From contig JAKAHY010000007.1 of NCBI GenBank assembly GCA_021814695.1, positions 1-57,303 of the forward strand: DNA of 57,303 nt. The letters are read 5' to 3'. The DNA comes from a bacterium (GTDB taxonomy: Bacteria > Patescibacteriota > Minisyncoccia > UBA6257 > JAGOQP01). A model generated the notes under the pieces. The model made no database searches. It was not told where the DNA came from and saw nothing but the letters and a program-made list of their open reading frames with translations. Positions within the stretch are counted from its first letter, which is position 1. Each line of letters starts with the position of its first letter. Positions 8,335 through 17,484 of this stretch are shown piece by piece. Made by a program: the position numbers and the translations under genes.

Positions 8335-9627
8335 ATGAAAAAAAATAAGTCTCACACAAAAAAGGTTCGTATCGGAAAGCCGTCAAAAAAAACAAAGGCC
8401 ATTCGTATTCCGATTTCAAAACCGAAAAAATCGGTTCATATTAAAGCTGCTCCGATAGTTTCAAAAAAAGAGAAGGGGACACATCTGCCCAAGATAAAAG
8501 TAGTCGGCATCGGTGGCGGGGGAGGAAATGCAATTTCACGCATGTATGAATATTTTCCCAAAGGCGTAGATCTGATTGCAATCAACACGGATGCCCAGGA
8601 TTTGGAATATTGCCATGCCAAAAAACGTCTCGTTATAGGAAAACAGATTACTAAAGGGCTTGGCGCGGGGATGAATCCCGACTTGGGAAGACAAGCGGCC
8701 GAAGAAAGCCGGGATGAAATTTCCGGAATTCTTTCCGGAGCCGATATGATTTTCCTGACATCCGGATTTGGAGGAGGGACCGGCAGCGGAGCGACTCCTG
8801 TAGTTGCCGAAATTGCCCAAGAGCTCGGAATTCTTACGGTTGCCATCGTCACAAAACCATTTTCTTTCGAGGGTCTGCAGAGATCTCAAATCGCCCAAGA
8901 TGCGATTATGAGAATGAAAGATAAAGTGGATTCTTTTATTACCGTGTCCAATGACAGAATATTTTCCGTTATAGATAAAGACACATCAATGCATAAGGCA
9001 TTCGAATCCATAGACGAAGTTCTTAAAAACGCGGTTTTGGGAGTAGCCGAACTTATTATTTCACCGGGTATTATTAATGTAGACTTTGCCGATGTTAAAG
9101 CAATAATGCAAAATTCCGGCGCCGCCATCATCGGGGTGGGAACCGGGTCGGGAAAGGAGAGGGCGAGCACAGCAACAAATGCCGCGCTCAACTCGCCGTT
9201 GTTGGAAACGGTTATTGACGGTGCAAAAGGGGTGCTTTTCAGCGTATCCGGGCATAGAGATATGAAAATGAGCGAAATTAACGAGATAGCCAGGATGGTT
9301 TCGGAGAACGTTGACCCTTCGGCGCGTGTAATTTTCGGCACTTATCACGACAGAAAGCTTTCCAAGGGCCAACTCAAGGTGACTTTGATAGCTACCGGGT
9401 TCGGATCCACCTACGGAAGGAATTATTCACTTTTCTCGGACTTTGAATCGTATACTAAAAGTGGTAGCATGTTTCAGATAGGCGTTGAAGCAAGTCAGTC
9501 AGGCCAGACAGGGGAAAAAAATAAAAAAAATGAACGGCCGTCAGAACATCAGAACGCAGAAAATCAGGCAGAGCAGGAAGCGCTGGACATCCCCGCATTT
9601 TTAAGAAAGAAAGGCAAGAAAAAATAG
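8335..9627 (+). CDS. ftsZ: Cell division protein FtsZ
   Basis: GIGGGGGNA and GGGTGSGA tubulin signature, with the C-terminal peptide DIPAFLRKK. A Lys-rich extension of roughly 50 aa precedes the core. Confidence 0.95.
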   Translation: MKKNKSHTKKVRIGKPSKKTKAIRIPISKPKKSVHIKAAPIVSKKEKGTHLPKIKVVGIGGGGGNAISRMYEYFPKGVDLIAINTDAQDLEYCHAKKRLVIGKQITKGLGAGMNPDLGRQAAEESRDEISGILSGADMIFLTSGFGGGTGSGATPVVAEIAQELGILTVAIVTKPFSFEGLQRSQIAQDAIMRMKDKVDSFITVSNDRIFSVIDKDTSMHKAFESIDEVLKNAVLGVAELIISPGIINVDFADVKAIMQNSGAAIIGVGTGSGKERASTATNAALNSPLLETVIDGAKGVLFSVSGHRDMKMSEINEIARMVSENVDPSARVIFGTYHDRKLSKGQLKVTLIATGFGSTYGRNYSLFSDFESYTKSGSMFQIGVEASQSGQTGEKNKKNERPSEHQNAENQAEQEALDIPAFLRKKGKKK

Positions 9628-9634
9628 TTACGCG

Positions 9635-9650
9635 ATACAAATATACGAAT
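9635..9650 (+). repeat. AT-rich motif copy 1 (atacaaatatacgaat) upstream of nrdJ
   Basis: Inverted partner lies at 9696-9713. It is followed by taccaatt, as is the copy at 21992. Confidence 0.6.
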
Positions 9651-9695
9651 ACTTACCAATTATACTAATAATTGATACTCGTTTTGATTAGTATC

Positions 9696-9713
9696 ATTCG
9701 TATAAATTTGTAT
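9696..9713 (-). repeat. AT-rich motif copy 2 (reverse complement atacaaatttatacgaat) upstream of nrdJ
   Basis: Read directly from the sequence. It is 17/18 identical to 21992-22009. Confidence 0.6.
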
Positions 9714-9800
9714 ATTAGTATCGATATTAATGTTCCGATTGATTTTTTAGAAACCATCGGCTTGTCGAGAAGCCGAAAGTATTAAGATTACTCACTCAAC

Positions 9801-12374
9801 ATGTTCAAATTCATCCTTAAGCGCAACGGCGCGAAGGTCCCTTTCGATATTCAAAAGATAACCAGCGCAGTTTACAAAGCATCACTTGCGGTAGGTCAGG
9901 CGGATTGGAAGAGATCTGAAGAATTAGGAAAAGAAATTTTAAAGAGACTGGAGAGTAAAGAAAAAAAAGGCGCAACTCCGACAGTTGAAGAAGTCCAAGA
10001 CTTGGTGGAGCGCGTACTCATAGACAGCGGATTGGCGAAAGTCGCAAAAGCTTACATTCTCTACCGCCAGCATCGGTCCGAAATCAGACAGGAGAAAGCT
10101 CAGGTGCTAAACAAAGACGAAATCGATGACGTCGACAAAAAATTCGACGTTAATGCGCTGAGAGTTTTGGCGGCGCGGTATCTTAAAAAGAACGATGAAG
10201 GGAAAATCATCGAATCTCCAAAGGAGCTTTTTAAAAGAGTGGCGGTTCACGGAACTTTGCCGTCTCTTTTTTACGACGCCAAAGTTTTCAGAAAAAAAGG
10301 AGCCGTCCCCAAGGACATCAAAGCAATTCCACTTGAAGGTCAAAAACTCGAAGGAAAACTTTCTGTCGGTAAATATGAGCTGAACAGATTTCATTGTGAC
10401 GCCCTGGCCAGGCTTTATAACAGATTTGCTTCCCAAGGGCAGATGAAAATATCATGGGACAGTTTTCTGAGATTGTTCAAGAAACATTACTTTGATAAGT
10501 ATGAGCAGGAAATTTCCCAGTACTACAACCTGATGATTTCCAGGAAGTTTATGCCCAACACTCCCGCAATAGCCAATTTCGGAAATTATCTGGGAATGGG
10601 CAGCGCTTGCTTTGTTTTGGGAATTGAAGATTCCATTGACGATATAATGGACAAGCTTAAAGCTGCTTCCATTATCTTCAAATCAGGCGGAGGCGTCGGG
10701 TACAATTTTTCCAAACTCCGCCCCGAAGGGGATTATGTAAAGACGACCGGTGGAGTGGCCTCGGGACCGATCAGTTTTATGACGATGTTTGATAATATGA
10801 CAGACGTCATAAAGCAGGGCGGTATAAGGCGGGGAGCCAATATGGGAATTTTGAATTCCAACCATCCCGATATATCCAAATTTATTAAAGCCAAGGAGGG
10901 AAATAAGGCCCTGACCAACTTCAATATTTCCACATTGCTTATGGGAGATTTCTGGAAGTATCTTGAGAAAAAAGAGCCTTATCCGCTGCTTAATCCGCGT
11001 ACCGGAAAAATAGTTTCGTATGCCGATCCCAAACAGCTTTTTGAAATGATTGCCTATCAGGCTTGGGAATCCGCCGAACCGGGAGTGATATTCGAAGACA
11101 GGGTAAATCAGTATAATCCGTTCTATAAATATCTTGGGCCGATTGTCACCACCAATCCCTGCGGAGAAGTTCTTCTGTATCCTTTTGAGTCGTGCAACCT
11201 CGGATCTATAAACGTCTGGGCATTTATAGAAAAGAAAAACGGAGGCAAGGCGAAATTAAACTGGGCCGAAATGGAAAAGGCGGTCAAGATCGCCACTAGA
11301 TTTTTGGACAACGTTGTTGATGTTAATTTGTACCCGCTCAAAGAGATAGAAGATATGACTCTTTCCACAAGGAAGCTTGGGCTTGGAGTTATGGGAGTGG
11401 CCGATGCGCTTTATGAATTGGAATTGGCCTACGACGGTAATCCGGGGCTTGAATTTATGGGGCAGCTGATGGAATTCATAAATTATTATTCTAAAGTTGT
11501 TTCCATTGATTTATCCAAAGAGCGCGGACCGATGCCGTATTTTTCCAAGTCGTTCTATAAAGAGGGGAAGCTTCCGGTTTCCGGATTTTATACCAAAGCC
11601 GGACAGCATTTCGATTGGGGAAAGATCAGCAAAGACATCAAAAAGTTCGGAGTCAGAAACGGATACACTACGGTCATTGCTCCAACCGGTTCCATTTCTA
11701 TGATTGCGGGATGTTCTTCGGGAATAGAGCCCGTTTACAGCCTAGTTTTCGAAAAGCATGTCACTGTAGGCAACTTCTACTATGTAGACCCGGTGTTTGA
11801 AGAGAGAATGCAAAAAGAGGGGCTTATGGATGACGCTCTTATTCGTGATGTTGCCGACCACAAAGGAACGGTTTCCCGCTTGTCTTATATTCCGGAAAAG
11901 ATGAAAAAGACATTCGTTACCGCTCATGACATCTCTCCCAAGGACCACATTAAAGCGATGGCGGCTTTTCAGCGATGGACGGATTCGTCTATTTCCAAAA
12001 CAAATAATTTTCCGGTTGATGCCACAGTGGATGACGTTAAGGAAGCATATCTTCTGGCATACAAACTTGGCTGTAAAGGAGTGACGGTTTACAGAGACCA
12101 ATCCATACAAAGTCAGGTTCTGGTATCCGGCAAAGAACCGAAAAAATCCAAAGGTGAAAAAGCAGCAAAAGAAGGAAGCGATCTGGTTCCGGTAAAAGAC
12201 GAAAAAGCAAAAGGACTGGCGGTCTATAAAGAAGCGTCGGCAAGCCTGACCGGAAATTCTTTGGGACTGTCTCCTGCGCCCAATCCTTCGGATAATGACG
12301 AAAAAGACCAGGACGATGGGGATATAGTCGACTTCACTACCCCTACCGGATGTAAAACGTGCAGCGTGGGATAA
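9801..12374 (+). CDS. nrdJ: Ribonucleoside-triphosphate/diphosphate reductase, class II (adenosylcobalamin-dependent), with N-terminal ATP-cone
   Basis: ATP-cone-like N-terminus (KRNGAKVPFDIQKI), single-chain RNR core with TNPCGEV active-site loop, C-terminal redox CxxC (GCKTCS). No beta-subunit gene is adjacent. Confidence 0.9.
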   Translation: MFKFILKRNGAKVPFDIQKITSAVYKASLAVGQADWKRSEELGKEILKRLESKEKKGATPTVEEVQDLVERVLIDSGLAKVAKAYILYRQHRSEIRQEKAQVLNKDEIDDVDKKFDVNALRVLAARYLKKNDEGKIIESPKELFKRVAVHGTLPSLFYDAKVFRKKGAVPKDIKAIPLEGQKLEGKLSVGKYELNRFHCDALARLYNRFASQGQMKISWDSFLRLFKKHYFDKYEQEISQYYNLMISRKFMPNTPAIANFGNYLGMGSACFVLGIEDSIDDIMDKLKAASIIFKSGGGVGYNFSKLRPEGDYVKTTGGVASGPISFMTMFDNMTDVIKQGGIRRGANMGILNSNHPDISKFIKAKEGNKALTNFNISTLLMGDFWKYLEKKEPYPLLNPRTGKIVSYADPKQLFEMIAYQAWESAEPGVIFEDRVNQYNPFYKYLGPIVTTNPCGEVLLYPFESCNLGSINVWAFIEKKNGGKAKLNWAEMEKAVKIATRFLDNVVDVNLYPLKEIEDMTLSTRKLGLGVMGVADALYELELAYDGNPGLEFMGQLMEFINYYSKVVSIDLSKERGPMPYFSKSFYKEGKLPVSGFYTKAGQHFDWGKISKDIKKFGVRNGYTTVIAPTGSISMIAGCSSGIEPVYSLVFEKHVTVGNFYYVDPVFEERMQKEGLMDDALIRDVADHKGTVSRLSYIPEKMKKTFVTAHDISPKDHIKAMAAFQRWTDSSISKTNNFPVDATVDDVKEAYLLAYKLGCKGVTVYRDQSIQSQVLVSGKEPKKSKGEKAAKEGSDLVPVKDEKAKGLAVYKEASASLTGNSLGLSPAPNPSDNDEKDQDDGDIVDFTTPTGCKTCSVG

Positions 12375-12411
12375 ATGATCCAAAATCATAGCTTACTCTA
12401 CTGTGCCCTCA

Positions 12412-12447
12412 CCCCCGCCTTCTTCGGAAGGATGGGGGTTGTTTTTT
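12412..12447 (+). terminator. Intrinsic terminator after nrdJ
   Basis: cccccgccttc-ttcg-gaaggatggggg hairpin followed by ttgtttttt. Confidence 0.7.
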
Positions 12448-12491
12448 ATGTGAATTATCTAATCATCCAAGTTAATGTATAATAAGTTATT

Positions 12492-12932
12492 ATGGCAACG
12501 AGGAAAAGATTTATTCTGATAGCTTTAATACTTTTGGCCGTTATCGGACTGATTGATTCAGTTGTGATTCATGAAAAAGTTGCGGGTGTTATTTATGCCT
12601 CCTGCATCATCGGCCAAGGTTGTGATTCGGTTTTATATTCCGTATACTCCAATTTTTTGGGGATCTCTCTTTCATGGTGGGGGATAGTTTTTTATTCGTT
12701 ATTAGCGCTGGCTTTGGCCCTGAGAATCGTTCGGGATAAAAAAATATTTGAAAACATTTCGCTTACAATGATTGTCGGAGGTTTCTTGTTTTCTTTGTAT
12801 CTTTTTTATATTCAAATATTTAAATTGGGGGTTTTGTGCACTTATTGCATGATTTCCTTTTCCGATATGATACTGGCACTGATGTTTGTCTTGTATTTCA
12901 GAAAAATAAAGGGCGCGTCCTTGCAGGGCTGA
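12492..12932 (+). CDS. Vitamin K epoxide reductase (VKOR) family membrane protein (DsbB-like function)
   Basis: Four to five TM helices, loop Cys pair (CIIGQGC) and CxxC in the last helix region (CTYC). TATAAT at 12478-12483 lies 8 nt before the ATG. Confidence 0.75.
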   Translation: MATRKRFILIALILLAVIGLIDSVVIHEKVAGVIYASCIIGQGCDSVLYSVYSNFLGISLSWWGIVFYSLLALALALRIVRDKKIFENISLTMIVGGFLFSLYLFYIQIFKLGVLCTYCMISFSDMILALMFVLYFRKIKGASLQG

Positions 12933-12939
12933 TTTTTTT

Positions 12940-14208
12940 GTGGTAGGATTTTTTTCAATGAATAAACGATCGGCAGTATTTTTTGTTTTTGCGATTGTTG
13001 TTGTGAGCATCATCGGGGCTCTTTTTGTCTACCCGAATAACAAGGTTTTCTCCTCACTGGAGCGTATCAGTCCATGGAGGTTGGGATTGGATCTTGTTGG
13101 AGGGACTCATCTGGTTTACAAAATAGACTTTTCCAAAGTTCCCGATACCAACCGAGCCGACACAGCGGCCGGACTTAGGGACGTTATTGAGCGTCGGGTT
13201 AATCTTTTCGGAGTGAGCGAGCCTCAGGTTTCAATCAGCCAGTCTTCGGGGGATTATTTTCTTAACGTAGATTTGGCGGGGGTTTCCGATGTTAATCAGG
13301 CAATCAACCAGATAGGCCAAACCCCATTTCTTGAATTCAGGCTTGAACAGCAAAACGGAACCAGTACCGATTTTGTCCAGACCGGACTTACGGGCCAATA
13401 CCTTACTTCGGCAAAATTGGATTTTAACCAACAGACGGGTTCTCCCGAAGTTGCCATAAGTTTTAATGACCAGGGCGCGAAAATTTTTGAGGATTTGACC
13501 GGCGCGAACATAGGCAAGAGGATAGCTATTTTTGTGGATGGCAGCATGTTAAGCGACCCGGTTGTCCAGGATAAAATATCCGGAGGGCAGGCGGTTATTA
13601 CGAGCCCAACGTTTACCATCGCTACGGCAAAACAGTTATCCAGCAATCTGAGCGCCGGAGCTCTTCCGGCTCCGATAAACCTTATAGACCAACAGACGGT
13701 TGGCGCCAGCTTGGGTAAGGATTCATTGGATAAATCAATTGTCGCCGGGCTTATCGGAACGCTTCTGGTTATGCTCTTTATGATTGTATACTACCGATTC
13801 TACGGGTTGCTGGCATCTATTGCTCTGGTTATCTACTCAATTTTGTCCATGACGATATTTAAGCTGTTTGTAACTATGTCTTTGGCCGGAATTGCAGGAT
13901 TTTTGCTTTCCATAGGAATGGCCGTTGACGCGAACGTTCTTATTTTTGAAAGGACAAAAGAAGAATTGAAAAAAGGACTCTCTAAAGCCGCCGCCATTAA
14001 AGAAGGATTCAGGCGCGCGTGGCCTTCTATTCGGGATTCAAATGTTTCAACAATAATTACTTCCCTGATTTTGTTTTATTTCACTTCCAGTTTTGTAAAA
14101 GGGTTGGCGCTGACGCTTCTTATCGGTGTTTTGGTCAGCATGTTTACTGCCATAACCGTAACCAGAAATCTTATGACGGTATTTGTTAAGGATAAGGAAT
14201 TAAAATAA
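12940..14208 (+). CDS. secD: Protein translocase subunit SecD
   Basis: LGLDLVGG, periplasmic domain, C-terminal 6-TM RND-like block (GIAGFLLSIGMAVDANVLIFER). The start may instead be ATG 12958 (MNKRSAV..). Confidence 0.9.
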   Translation: MVGFFSMNKRSAVFFVFAIVVVSIIGALFVYPNNKVFSSLERISPWRLGLDLVGGTHLVYKIDFSKVPDTNRADTAAGLRDVIERRVNLFGVSEPQVSISQSSGDYFLNVDLAGVSDVNQAINQIGQTPFLEFRLEQQNGTSTDFVQTGLTGQYLTSAKLDFNQQTGSPEVAISFNDQGAKIFEDLTGANIGKRIAIFVDGSMLSDPVVQDKISGGQAVITSPTFTIATAKQLSSNLSAGALPAPINLIDQQTVGASLGKDSLDKSIVAGLIGTLLVMLFMIVYYRFYGLLASIALVIYSILSMTIFKLFVTMSLAGIAGFLLSIGMAVDANVLIFERTKEELKKGLSKAAAIKEGFRRAWPSIRDSNVSTIITSLILFYFTSSFVKGLALTLLIGVLVSMFTAITVTRNLMTVFVKDKELK

Positions 14209-14210
14209 TC

Positions 14211-15110
14211 ATGAATATAATCGGACACAAAGGAATATTTCTGACTATCTCCAGCGTACTCGTTGTGGCAAGCTTCGTGGTGATAGCGATTTTCGGATTC
14301 AGGCCGGGGATAGATTTTACGGGAGGAACCCTTTGGCAGATAAAGACCGATAATCAGTCGGTCAATGAAACAACTTTAAAAAACTTTTTTGTATCCGAGC
14401 TGAACTTTAAGGATATTGTCGTTTATAAAGAATTGGTTTCCCAGTCATACATCATGAAACTTCCGGCAATCAACGAGGCCGACCACCAGAAATATCTCTC
14501 GGCTCTTAATAATAAATTCGGAAATGTCGACGAGCAGAAATTTCAGTCCATCGGGCCGACGGTTGGAGAAGGCTTAAAAACGGATGCCATCAGGGCGATA
14601 ATTTTTGTGCTTATCGGAATATCCTTGTATATCGCTTTTGCTTTCCGCAAAGCGTCATATCCGGTCCAGTCGTGGAAGTACGGTATCGCAACGCTTATTG
14701 CGCTTATGCATGACGTTGTCATACCCTCCGGAGTAATAGCGGTATTGGGTCATTTTGCGGGAGTGGAAATGGACACCAATTTTGTGGTGGCGTTGTTGGT
14801 AATTATGGGATTTTCGGTGCACGATACGATCGTTGTTTTTGACCGCGTCAGGGAAAATCTTCTGACCCGGAAGGGGAGCAAGTCATTTAGTGAAATCGTC
14901 AATGACAGCGTTGTCCAAACACTGGCCAGGTCAATTAATACCTCCCTGACTCTGGTATTGGTTCTAACGGCAATGCTTATTTTCGGGGCTCCAACACTGA
15001 AGCTTTTTGTTCTTATAATGTTGGTGGGAGTTATCTTTGGAACCTACTCCTCAATCTTTATTGCCAGTCCGCTATTGACAATCTGGTATAAGTTTGGTAA
15101 AAATAAATAG
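14211..15110 (+). CDS. secF: Protein translocase subunit SecF
   Basis: GIDFTGGT motif, 6 TM, HDTIVVFDRVRE block. Starts 2 nt after secD. Confidence 0.9.
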   Translation: MNIIGHKGIFLTISSVLVVASFVVIAIFGFRPGIDFTGGTLWQIKTDNQSVNETTLKNFFVSELNFKDIVVYKELVSQSYIMKLPAINEADHQKYLSALNNKFGNVDEQKFQSIGPTVGEGLKTDAIRAIIFVLIGISLYIAFAFRKASYPVQSWKYGIATLIALMHDVVIPSGVIAVLGHFAGVEMDTNFVVALLVIMGFSVHDTIVVFDRVRENLLTRKGSKSFSEIVNDSVVQTLARSINTSLTLVLVLTAMLIFGAPTLKLFVLIMLVGVIFGTYSSIFIASPLLTIWYKFGKNK

Positions 15111-15112
15111 AT

Positions 15113-16141
15113 ATGGTTTTAAAAGATGTTTTAAATAATTTGGTCGAGGTCCTTCCGAAGCGCCAAAAAGACATTATTGTCCAGCGGTTCGGTCTCGATA
15201 AAGGCAAAGGAAAGACTTTGGCTGCGCTTGGTGAAAAATACGGCGTAACCAGGGAAAGAATCCGCCAGATTGAAGCGGCTGCTTTGCGTACTTTAGCCAA
15301 GAATTCTTCACAGCAAAAAGATCTCAAAAATATATATGAGAAAGCTATTTCACACGTTGAAAATCTCGGCGGCGTCAGACGCGCAGACGTGCTTGTTTCG
15401 GACCTTCGCTTCGTATTGAAAGACGAAAGCATCGACTCTTCAACCGTTGAGCTTCTTTTCTCTATTTTCAAAAAACCGTTGTTCTTCGTGGAGAATAAAG
15501 AATATTATCCGTTTTGGTATATTTCGGCCGACAGTTTAAAACAGAACAAAGAATTTATAGCTAAGGTTGCCAAAGTGCTTAAAGGGAAGAAAGAGGAAAT
15601 TCTTTCCAAAAAGAAATTTGACGAACTTTTTTATCAGGTTGTCAAAAGCCACTCCATTTCCGATGCGATTGCGGCCAACTTTATTTTGAATTCAAAGAAA
15701 TTTGCAGTAAATCCTTATGGAGATTTCGGATTGGTTGAATGGCCCGAAATTGTTCCCAAGACCGTAAGAGACAAATCCTATCTCGTTCTCAAAAAGAAAT
15801 TGGCGCCGCTTCATTTTCGTGATATTGCGCAGGAGATCAATCAGGCAAAATTTGATGCCAAGAAAGCTCATCCTCAGACGGTGCACAACGAACTGATCAG
15901 AGATTCCAGATTTGTGCTCGTCGGAAGAGGTTTGTATGCCTTAAAAGAAAACGGATATGAGCCCGGAACCGCCAGAGAAGTGTTGTCAAAAATTCTGAAA
16001 AAGAACGGTCCGTCTTCATTCGATAAAATTGTGAAGCTGGTTTCCGAACAGAGAACGCTTAAGCACAATACGATTCTGTTAAATCTTCAGAATAAGAAAT
16101 ACTTCAAAAAAATAGATGGCGGATTATATCATATAGCTTAA
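15113..16141 (+). CDS. Sigma-70 region-4-like HTH protein with C-terminal HARE-HTH-like domain
   Basis: N-terminus LPKRQKDIIVQRFGL..GKTLAALGEKYGVTRERIRQIEAAALRTL is a region 4.2 pattern. No region 2 is present. C-terminus (LHFRDIAQEI...VHNELIRDSRFVLVGRGLYALKE) resembles a HARE-HTH. Starts 2 nt after the secF stop. Confidence 0.65.
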   Translation: MVLKDVLNNLVEVLPKRQKDIIVQRFGLDKGKGKTLAALGEKYGVTRERIRQIEAAALRTLAKNSSQQKDLKNIYEKAISHVENLGGVRRADVLVSDLRFVLKDESIDSSTVELLFSIFKKPLFFVENKEYYPFWYISADSLKQNKEFIAKVAKVLKGKKEEILSKKKFDELFYQVVKSHSISDAIAANFILNSKKFAVNPYGDFGLVEWPEIVPKTVRDKSYLVLKKKLAPLHFRDIAQEINQAKFDAKKAHPQTVHNELIRDSRFVLVGRGLYALKENGYEPGTAREVLSKILKKNGPSSFDKIVKLVSEQRTLKHNTILLNLQNKKYFKKIDGGLYHIA

Positions 16142-16241
16142 CCGAGTCATCTTTGTGATTCTAAAATGTCAGTCGTTATTATTGCCTTTAAATCCGAGTC
16201 AAAAACTGGTATTATAAAGGTAATAGCGGCTGATTTTTTAT

Positions 16242-17465
16242 ATGTTCGAATTAATTAATGCGGCTTTAGGAAGTTTTTATAATACCCTCATAACTGTGGC
16301 TTGGATTATTCTGCCTATATTTTTGGCGGCAATTTTTTGGACACTCCACCTTTATCAAAAGCGCATAGAGTTTATTTCAAAGATCGAGTGGGTAATGCTC
16401 GAAATAAATCCGCCCAAAGAGCTGATTAAAACCCCAAAAGCTATGGAGCAGGTTTTCGCGGCTTTGTACGGCATTTATTCTTTCGGAATAAAGGCTCACG
16501 ATAAATATTTGGACGGAAAGGTTGATTTGTGGCTCTCGCTTGAGATGATGGGCCGAGGCGGAGGAATTCATTTTTATATCAGATGCGCCAAACAACACAG
16601 AAATCTTGTAGAGTCGGCCATTTATGCACAATATCCCGATACCGAAATAACGGAAGCTTTCGATTACGTTGACGAAATGCCTTCGGTCTTGCCCAACGAA
16701 ACATGGGATTTGTGGGGAACGGGATTCACTTTCGGCGCCGATAGCGCTTATCCGATACGAACCTATCCTTATTTTGAAGAAGTAAAAGAGGAAAAAAGAA
16801 TCGACCCCATATCGACGATATCGGAAGCTATGTCCAAACTGAAAGACGACGAGATGATCTGGATTCAAATGCTTATCAGCCCCATAGGGCCCCAGACGGG
16901 ACAGGATTTTAAAAAAGAGGGAGATGAAACTATTAAAAAAATAGTCGATTCCACAAGAGAACCCAAAGGGTCCGAAGAAACCATTTCTCTTGGAATGTGG
17001 AAACTGACCCCTTCTCAGCAGGATGTTATAAAAGCCATAGGCGCCAAGGTTTCAAAACTGGCCTTCCATACCTGTATCCGCTTTGTTTACATAGACAAAA
17101 AAGACGAATTTACAATGTCTAATGTGTCTTCGGTTATGTCTTCTTTCCAGCTTTATAATACGCGCGATATGAACGCCTTTAGACCAGATAAATTGGTGAC
17201 CGTATATTCGGAATGGTGGGGGAGGCTGTTTCCGTGGTATAAAAAATTTGTTGTTGCATCGAAAAAGAGAAAACTTTTCGATTATTACAGAAAGCGAAGA
17301 TTCGGCTATTCAGGAAAACTCGTGGAAGAAAAACTGCCCACTCTTAACATTGAAGAGCTGGCAACCGTTTTTCATTTTCCGGCCGGAGTGGTTAAAGCTC
17401 CAAAATTACAAACTATTTATTCGCGTAAAGGTGAGCCGCCGGTAAATTTACCTCTCGGAAAATAA
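16242..17465 (+). CDS. Hypothetical single-pass membrane protein, partner of the downstream T4CP-like ATPase
   Basis: 407 aa with an N-terminal TM helix (ITVAWIILPIFLAAIFWTLHLY). I recognise no motif in the rest. The downstream ORF starts 19 nt later. Confidence 0.7.
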   Translation: MFELINAALGSFYNTLITVAWIILPIFLAAIFWTLHLYQKRIEFISKIEWVMLEINPPKELIKTPKAMEQVFAALYGIYSFGIKAHDKYLDGKVDLWLSLEMMGRGGGIHFYIRCAKQHRNLVESAIYAQYPDTEITEAFDYVDEMPSVLPNETWDLWGTGFTFGADSAYPIRTYPYFEEVKEEKRIDPISTISEAMSKLKDDEMIWIQMLISPIGPQTGQDFKKEGDETIKKIVDSTREPKGSEETISLGMWKLTPSQQDVIKAIGAKVSKLAFHTCIRFVYIDKKDEFTMSNVSSVMSSFQLYNTRDMNAFRPDKLVTVYSEWWGRLFPWYKKFVVASKKRKLFDYYRKRRFGYSGKLVEEKLPTLNIEELATVFHFPAGVVKAPKLQTIYSRKGEPPVNLPLGK

Positions 17466-17484
17466 TTATTTCAGTTTAATCAAA

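Noticed and set aside
8436-9372. Several 100-150-aa minus-strand ORFs inside ftsZ
   Set aside because: They are antisense to the FtsZ core, Pro/Ser/Ile-rich translations, with no independent support.
11742-12389. 215-aa minus-strand ORF antisense to the 3' end of nrdJ
   Set aside because: It is antisense to a strongly supported conserved CDS. The product is low-complexity (R/F/I-rich) with no motif. This is a typical shadow ORF.
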